Source: Utricularia gibba
Taxonomy: Eukaryota > Plantae > Magnoliophyta
Direction of reading: 5' to 3'
Length of the DNA: 41,444 nt
Assembly: GCA_002189035.1 (NCBI GenBank)
Contig: NEEC01000093.1
Location: forward strand, 1-41,444
Below the pieces are notes generated by a model, which had not been told where the DNA came from, searched no databases, and saw only the letters and a program-made list of their open reading frames with translations. Below, one piece after another: positions 34,849 to 41,444 of this stretch (its first letter is position 1; each line of letters starts with the position of its first letter). A program made the translations under genes and the position numbers.

Positions 34849-35031
34849 CTATGGCATCAAAGTGTGTGTTTCATTGAATTTGCTTGAAACACTCGAACAT
34901 AAATAATTTTATTTTAAAATAATAAATATTTAAAAATATTTATTTTATAATAAAATTAAAAATAACTAACTTATATTTTATTAAAATATTTTAAAAAAAT
35001 GCTTTTAAATAAGTTGAACCAAATGCCATAG
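34849..35031. mobile_element. Possible decayed MITE (Tourist-like end)
   Basis: A perfect 9-bp inverted repeat ctatggcat / atgccatag brackets an extremely AT-rich ~165-bp interior, and the right end reads ccaaatgcc. The IR is short and no clear TSD is visible. Confidence 0.25.
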
Positions 35032-35099
35032 ATTCTAGATTAAAAAAAAGAAAAATATCGAATTTATTTTTAAAAAGATATTCGTGTTCATTTTAAAAG

Positions 35100-35225
35100 A
35101 CGTTGTCGGCCTCCACGCAAGTGGGCGTTGTGTGGGGGCCACAAACGCAATTATGATGAAGCGTGGCGGCGCGTGAAGGTGTGGGAAGTGGGCCGTCGGC
35201 GCGTGGTCCCGTCCGGAGGAAAGCT
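35100..35225. promoter_or_regulatory. GC-rich island with clustered TCP-type and CGCG-box motifs, ~2.1 kb upstream of the KNOX ATG
   Basis: GTGGTCCC at 35,203-35,210, GTGGGCC at 35,188-35,194, GGGGCCAC at 35,135-35,142, and CGCGTG twice, all inside very AT-rich flanks. Confidence 0.4.
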
Positions 35226-37319
35226 CTTTAAAAAAAATTATCTTTAATATGTGGGTTGTAATTATTTTAGTTTAAAATAATTGAATTCAAAAGTTTTTTT
35301 TAATTGTACGAAATTATGTGATTATCCATGTATTTTCAAATTTATTCTCCAGAAAAAAAAAATATTTGTATTTATTTTATGCAAATGATCATATGCACTC
35401 AATTTCTCCACCATAGAATTTTATCATCCACATATTTTCTTTAAAATAATTAATGCAGAGCTCTGCTTTAATGATTACTATTTAAATATTAATTAAAAAC
35501 ACAATAAAATAGGACAACATTCAATTAAAATAGACAAATTGAGGAAAATGGGGCAACCAGAGCACCACATGTTTGAATATTGGGTGTTGCAAAATTAAGT
35601 TGGTAGGTCCCCATCTTATCAGATTCAGCATTTCAGTCCTATTCTCACAATTATGAATTTATGACAATCAAGAATATTTTCACCATCTACAATCAGAATA
35701 ACAAGTAATAAATATTGACAGTGAAAAAAATAATTAGAATACTAAATTGAAAAAAAAGAAACACAATAAATACCTTAAAACTCCCATGTCTGGTTTGAGG
35801 TGGGCAAAAGCATAGGAATGATAGTCATTACTATTTTTTTTTTCTGAGACATTTCTTGTGGGGATCAGATACTCAGGATTTAGGGTTTAGTTTCGAAATA
35901 TTTTACATTTAAGTAATTTTCTACTTTGATATTATTCTTTAACAACTATTCTTTCTAATCACTCGTTTTTTAAAATCTTTTCATTCAAACATGATTATTC
36001 AAGCATCATCTTTTGGAACAAGTTTGCACATAATGCTGACAAATCAAATATAAGAAAACAAAAAAAACCATCCATAAATCACCTCTTTACACCAAAACTA
36101 TGAATTAAATTCGATCCGATTCGATTTAAATTTTTTTCATATAATTTGGCTTAAATGCGGAGGTGAATTAAAAAAAAAAAAAAGACCATGCATCAGTAAT
36201 TGTGTGAAAAAAATGTACATACTATATATAAATTTTTTGATTATGAAATAGAAATTGTTAGTATTAGGGAACAATTTCGCATGAGCACAATTATCAAAAT
36301 GGATCCGCCTTGTGGAACGTGCCATAAGACGTTAGTTAACCAACAACGTTGTTACACTAAAATGACAATCAATGCTGTCTGCAATTGGTCGCTGTTGAAT
36401 GATTAAATTCTGTTTCTCTAAAACAAATAAATAAAATGGTCCCTATATTTTCATTATCACTCCATGGTCCCTAAATGTCACTAACCAATGTAAGGGGTCC
36501 ATAAATTGAAAATCACCACCACACCGAATGAGGCTCTAAAACGCACCATATACGAGTGATTAGCGATTAATCTCTAACCTCAAAACACTCAAAGACTAAT
36601 ATTGATTGTTTAATGAGAACTACAAAGATTGTTGATTCGAAAAATGAAAAAATTAGACATGTTCCATATTCTATATAATGATCTTTTACAAGTATTTTAG
36701 ATGTAAGTTCTTGTCGATCATCAATACAATTGTGTGTTTGTAAATAATTTCGAAGTTATTTTATATCACTTATTTTACTAGTCATATACAATATTTTTAA
36801 TTTTAGATATTTAGATTGTATTTGGTTGGATGAGTGAGAATTGATAGGTTTTACTTTTAAAATTATTAAAGATTTGTAGGTATCGTATTTTTTTTATTTG
36901 ATAAAAAAATATTTTAGGGGTATTTTTTTTATTTTTAACGAAGTGATAAAAAAAACTCATCTCCTTCTAAGAGTTTATTTTTAACTAACATAACATGATA
37001 TTAATCAATCAAATATATAAATAATATTTATTTTTCCATATAAAATATATATATTATACTCCAAAAAAATAATTTGTTAGATTTCTCTATGTTAGTTTAT
37101 TTGACGCGACGATTATTTATTTAGTACCATGGTCAATGTATCCTAAATATGGTAAAAATTGTGAGTTACTATATATGTACTCGGGCTGAGGATGAATGGG
37201 TTGGCATTAATTGGGTGGGGTCCCCAGCTTTCTATTTCCGCTGTGGCTGCCCAAACTATAAACAGAAACAGGTATATGTGTACAAGGTCAGAGCTTGGGA
37301 TTGAGCTCATCGAAGTTCC

Positions 37320-38754
37320 ATGGCGTTTCAAGAGCCATATCCCCAGACTTTCCATACCCAGAATCAACCGCAGGAAATATCATTCAGCCACCACTCGGCG
37401 CCGCCGCCGACCCTTTTCGATCACCCCGACGATGATAAACCGCAGCCGTCGACCTGGGTCAACAACACCCAGTGGCTCCCGTCGACCCAGAGCCCGACCT
37501 CTACTTCTAAAAGCAGTAATGATCATCACGATGGCGGCAACTGGGAGAGAGATAAGTGCAAGGCGGATGTCCTGAATCACCCACTCTACGAGGAGCTGCT
37601 GTCGGCTCACGTGGCCTGCCTCCGAATCGCGACGCCGGTGGACCAGTTGCCCAGAATAGATGCCCAGCTCGCGCAGTCGCACCAAGTCCTCGCTAAGTAT
37701 CCCCTTCTCGGGCCACCCCTTGATCAAAAGGACCTCGATCAATTCATGGTGCGCTAAAATCGATTATTTCACTTGGGTCTTACGATTAATCGAGATGGGT
37801 TTATTTGAATCGAGCTCTTGAACATGGGATTGAGATTTCTAATGGAATCGTGACTGCCAATCCAGTATTAAATGGAATCTGTTTTCTGTGACTTTTTTTT
37901 TTGTGTAGACGCATTATGTTCTGTTGCTGTCATCGTTCAAAGAACAGCTTCAGCAGCATGTTCGGGTACACGCCATGGAAGCAGTGATGGCTTGTTGGGA
38001 GCTTGAGCATCTTTGCAAAGTTTGACAGGTTCTGTAACAAGCTAGTCTGCAAAATATTGATTTCATTTCTGCAACCTTATTTCGATGGTTTTTTGTATCG
38101 AACAGGGGTGGCACCAGGAGAAGGCACAGGAGCAACAATGTCTGATGATGATGAGGAGCAAGTTGAAAGTGAAAACAGTCTGTTTGACGCAAGTCTTGAA
38201 GGAGGGGACAACATGGGATTTGGTCCTCTGGTTCCTACCGAGTCAGAGAGAACTCTGATGGAGCGAGTGAGGCAGGAATTGAAGCATGAGCTTAAGCAGG
38301 GTTACAAAGACAAGATTGCGGATATTAGAGAAGAAATTCTTCGGAAACGGAGAGCCGGAAAGCTCCCGGAGACACCACCTCTGTGTTGAAAGCCTGGTGG
38401 CAAGCTCACTCCAAATGGCCGTATCCAACAGTAAGCACTTGCTTGGATCTAACTCATCTGGTTCATCATCATATTGTAACTGGTGTGTAGGAGGAAGACA
38501 AGGCAAGATTGGTTCAGGAAACAGGGCTGCAACTGAAGCAGATAAACAACTGGTTCATCAACCAACGTAAACGCAATTGGCACAGCAACCCCTCGTCTTC
38601 ATCTTCTCAGAAAAGCAAGCGCAAGAGGTTGTAGTAGTAGGATTCAAGATCCTCTCCTGATTTCATTATTTGAGAACTAATCTCTGCCAGCTTCTGCTTC
38701 TGTTGTCAAAGTAGCGTGGGAGGTGACAAAGCGGGCGATGAGCGCTATCTATGA
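37320..38754 (+). CDS. KNAT3: Class II KNOX homeodomain protein (KNAT3/4-like), 351 aa after restoring two missing bases (~38,009 and ~38,365-38,369). Exons 37320-37748, 37909-38028, 38106-38430, 38491-38627, 38712-38754
   Basis: KNOX1 domain ([37 protein letters not shown]), KNOX2 (DLDQFM|[33 protein letters not shown][QSLQSLT]G), ELK ([17 protein letters not shown]) and a TALE homeodomain (RRAGKLP[GDTT][17 protein letters not shown]|[30 protein letters not shown]). All introns are GT-AG. The symbol is meant as '-like'. Confidence 0.93.
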
Positions 38755-39046
38755 GGGAAGAATCATTCAAGTTTCAACAGGCACAAAACCAACCAAGGTG
38801 ACTGAAAGTCAGAGCTGCTCCTGCTGCTGCATCTCTTCCTGCCCTGGTGAGCACCAAGCATTGCAGCTGCAGGTCGACCTTTTCGACAATCTGTGTGTTT
38901 CAACGAGATTCTTCCGTTGCTATGTACTGTATCCCACCGCTGTGTCAACACTTCGAAACGTGTAAATGCTCATACATAACACGAGCAGGAGGGAAATCTC
39001 ATCAGTTTGAGATTATAGTTTAAGTTGGATATCATATATAAGTTAA

Positions 39047-39460
39047 GTTTGGAAATCAATTCCATTTTCGTAAAACAATTTTATTATCATTTTCAATATA
39101 TATTAAATTTTATTTTACAAAAATATATTTTTTTAGAATCATTTTACTTCTCATAAAAATATAGAATACTGATTTCTCTATATGAATTTAGAATTATACT
39201 TATTCTTTATAAAAAATACAATCAATGTATTTTTTTTAAATAAATTATTTATTACATTTTAATAATGTAATCGATACACTTTTCCTTGTATTATAATTTT
39301 AATACAAATATTTATATTATAGTAATAATATAAATATAGTTATGATTAATAATTAACATAAGTAAATATATTATTTAATTATAAAAATTGATACTCGTTT
39401 CTTTACATCACAAACATGAATCAATTCTACAATAATCATTTCTAAAAATTAATTCCAAAC
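39047..39460. mobile_element. Possible decayed MITE between KNOX and the PB1 gene
   Basis: Imperfect terminal inverted repeats gtttggaaatcaatt (39,047) and aattaattccaaac (ending 39,460) surround a very AT-rich interior. GTTTGG...CCAAAC is typical of Tourist-like ends, but similarity does not extend further. Confidence 0.25.
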
Positions 39461-39722
39461 ATATACTATTTCTTATTCTATTAAAAAATGCAAATTGAAA
39501 TTAAGTGGCATAAATGGGGTTTAATTAGGGCAAATGAGGAGGAAGGAAGAGAACTCACGGTAGAAGAAATTGGAATCTTCTGGATGTGATATCTTGCTTC
39601 CATGTGCAGCCGAGTGGCATTCCACGTACCCCAATTGGGCCCTCCCGATCTACGCCTTGCTTCCGGGAAATGAGTATTGTTTTGCAGAAATTCCCCATTT
39701 TACAACTATCTTGGCGAATTGA

Positions 39723-39926
39723 ATGCCTTTTACAGCTGACCTTGGCAGAATTCGCAGATTGAAAGCGACCTCTTTTCTGCTTGCCTTCCCCTGGGTTTGT
39801 TGGTTTCCTGTTGAAGGGAAACTCAAATATGCCACCGGAACGCCTGACAGAGGAATGGGTTTGCATTTTTCGTTCCTAGGATCGCGCATTTTCATGATTA
39901 AGAGGTGTGCGAGCGGAGTTTACTGA
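39723..39926 (+). other. Candidate upstream ORF (67 aa; internal ATG at 39,855 gives 23 aa) in the presumed leader of the PB1 gene, followed by a probable 5' UTR intron at 40,012-40,105
   Basis: ATG at 39,723, stop ending at 39,926. Donor aag|GTGATT at 40,012 and acceptor tttcAG at 40,105. The transcription start is unknown. Confidence 0.3.
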
Positions 39927-40149
39927 AAAGGGAGAACAGGAAGGGTTTTTGGAGAAGCCCATTGCGCCAGTTTTCTGATCAAAGCCTCCCCGTGCTGTTT
40001 GAGAAAATAAGGTGATTTTTTTGTTTTGTTTTGTGTAAGGCAATTCTTTTCGGAACGAGAAACCGTGTCATTGTAGGTGGTTGACAGATCTGCCATGCGT
40101 TTCAGGTAGAAATAATCCTGCGTGTTACTTGGGATTGTTACAATCAGTG

Positions 40150-41444
40150 ATGAACTTCGATCAAAACTCTGTACCTCAAGATTTGCGTCCGGTAAATGTT
40201 GTGAGAAATGTGATTGATGAGTCTCGAATTGGTCCCGTGCCTTCATCAGGGCGAGGCATCGATGGTTACTATGCAGGCCCACCGGCTGATATTGGGGGTA
40301 GTCCCGGTGCAATGCCGGCTGTCTATTATACCACAACAGTTTCCGATCCTGGATTTGTGCCTTTGGGTTTAATAGCGCCATCCCTGCGGTTACTGGGTGG
40401 GTGCAGCATATTGTTGCTCCTCAGCCTAAGCAAGTTGCTATCGGTGCTGCTCCAGTTGTTAGTTCGTCGTGTGGATATGCCAACTCTTCGCAGCATGGAA
40501 TGAAGGTGGAGCATCCGGTTCTTCTGATCAAACTAGTGAAGCTGGAGGTGGCGATTCTGATTCTGGTATGAAGGTCAAGTTTTTGTGTAGTTTTGGTGGC
40601 AAAATATTGCCACGCCGAGTGATGGAGCTTTGAGATATGTAGGTGGGCAAACTAGGATAATTAGTTTTAGGAAGGATGTTACATTCTCTGAATTTGTGCA
40701 GAAATTAGTGATATGTACTTACCGAATGTGGTGGTCAAGTATCAGTTGCCGGATGAGGACCTTGATGCGCTGGTTTCTATTTCTTGCGCTGATGATCTTG
40801 AGAATATGATGGATGAATATAGAAGGTTTGCTGAGACTTCTCTGGATGAGTCTGCTAAGCTGAGGATATTTCTGTTTTTACCTTCAGAGCTTGAGACTGT
40901 TTCTCTGATGCATATTGAGGATGTACAAAATAGTGGACAGAAGTATGTTGAAGCTGTGAATGGGTTAATGGATGGATATAGTCGAGGGACATGCATTGCA
41001 CGGAAGGAGAGCATCGAGAGCACAGTTTCTGCTCAGAATTCAGATACTAGTGGAAACGACATTGCTGATGGTTCTGTGGAAGCTAATGGCCTTCCCATGA
41101 CCAGCAATATTTTGCCCAAGTGTCCTGATATGAAACCAAGAGTTTCTTCTGGTGATCCTAGTTCTTTACTAAATTTTGATGCTCCTGCTCCACAGACTAC
41201 TACCTCCAACAAAAATGTGCCCATTTCTGGGCAATTGGCTGAGACATCTGCATCGTTTAATGTGACTCAGTCACTACCTCCTTTTATAGATCCTTTCCCA
41301 GGGAGTTTAGCTCGAAGTAATTATGTTCCAATTCCTTCTCAAGTTGGTTATCCTGCACAAGTTTTAACTCCTGTTTTTGCTCAATTTCCTACTCCTATGG
41401 GGACTGCTCCTCAGCAGCCTTCTCCTACTTTACACATGACCATG
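40150..41444 (+). CDS. PB1-domain protein, N-terminal part; most likely a B4-group Raf-like MAPKKK. Runs off the window; four missing bases (~40,369, ~40,498, ~40,615, ~40,703)
   Basis: The start MNFDQNSVPQDLRPVNVVR resembles B4 Raf-like kinase N-termini. Restoring frames gives a PB1 domain: KVKFLCSFGGKILPR[P]SDGALRYVGGQTRIISFRKDVTFSEFVQK[I]SDMYLPNVVVKYQLPDEDLDALVSISCADDLENMMDEY...AKLRIFLF, then QKYVEAVNG. The frame from 40,713 is open to the window end. The kinase domain is not in the window, so that part is inferred. Confidence 0.85.

Noticed and set aside
35879-35890. Telomere-like tttagggtttag
   Set aside because: Fewer than two repeat units; at most a telo-box and expected by chance in AT-rich DNA.
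38867-38878. CTGCAGGTCGAC, identical to the PstI-SalI part of the pUC polylinker
   Set aside because: Only 12 nt, with no flanking vector sequence, inside a plausible 3' UTR.
32886-40706. Programmed frameshifting, insertional RNA editing, or a cluster of pseudogenes
   Set aside because: All lesions are -1 at base runs, in three unrelated genes, with no slippery-site context and no accompanying nonsense mutations. Assembly error is far more parsimonious.
29820-41444. Functional gene cluster (ALG2 and TMN are both secretory-pathway genes; all four genes are on the + strand)
   Set aside because: There is no shared pathway with KNOX or the Raf-like gene, and four co-oriented genes is unremarkable in a compact plant genome.

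Overview
Flowering-plant nuclear DNA with two compartments. (1) Positions 1 to ~29,200 are the right-hand end of a tandem satellite array that continues past the left edge of the window: about 80 monomers, 357-bp period, roughly 50% GC and CpG-rich. The array is layered. A left subfamily (1 to ~6.5 kb) is followed by a very homogeneous zone with higher-order repeats (7-18 kb), where a 7-monomer unit appears to convert to a 5-monomer unit through a chimeric monomer. A moderately diverged zone (20-23.6 kb) then grades into an older, CpG-decayed subfamily (24-29.2 kb) that fades out about 600 bp before the first start codon. (2) Positions ~29.3-41.4 kb are compact euchromatin with four + strand genes: ALG2 mannosyltransferase (8 coding exons, intact), a TM9SF/TMN11-like nonaspanin, a class II KNOX (KNAT3-like) homeobox gene, and the 5' part of a PB1-domain protein resembling B4-group Raf-like kinases. 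The last three genes carry eight single-base deletions, all at short base runs, which most likely reflect uncorrected long-read consensus errors. The many ORFs in 1-29 kb are by-products of the repeat. I found no convincing novel protein-coding system; the most interesting signal is the readable evolutionary record of the satellite and its abrupt junction with a housekeeping gene. All counts and alignments were done by eye.
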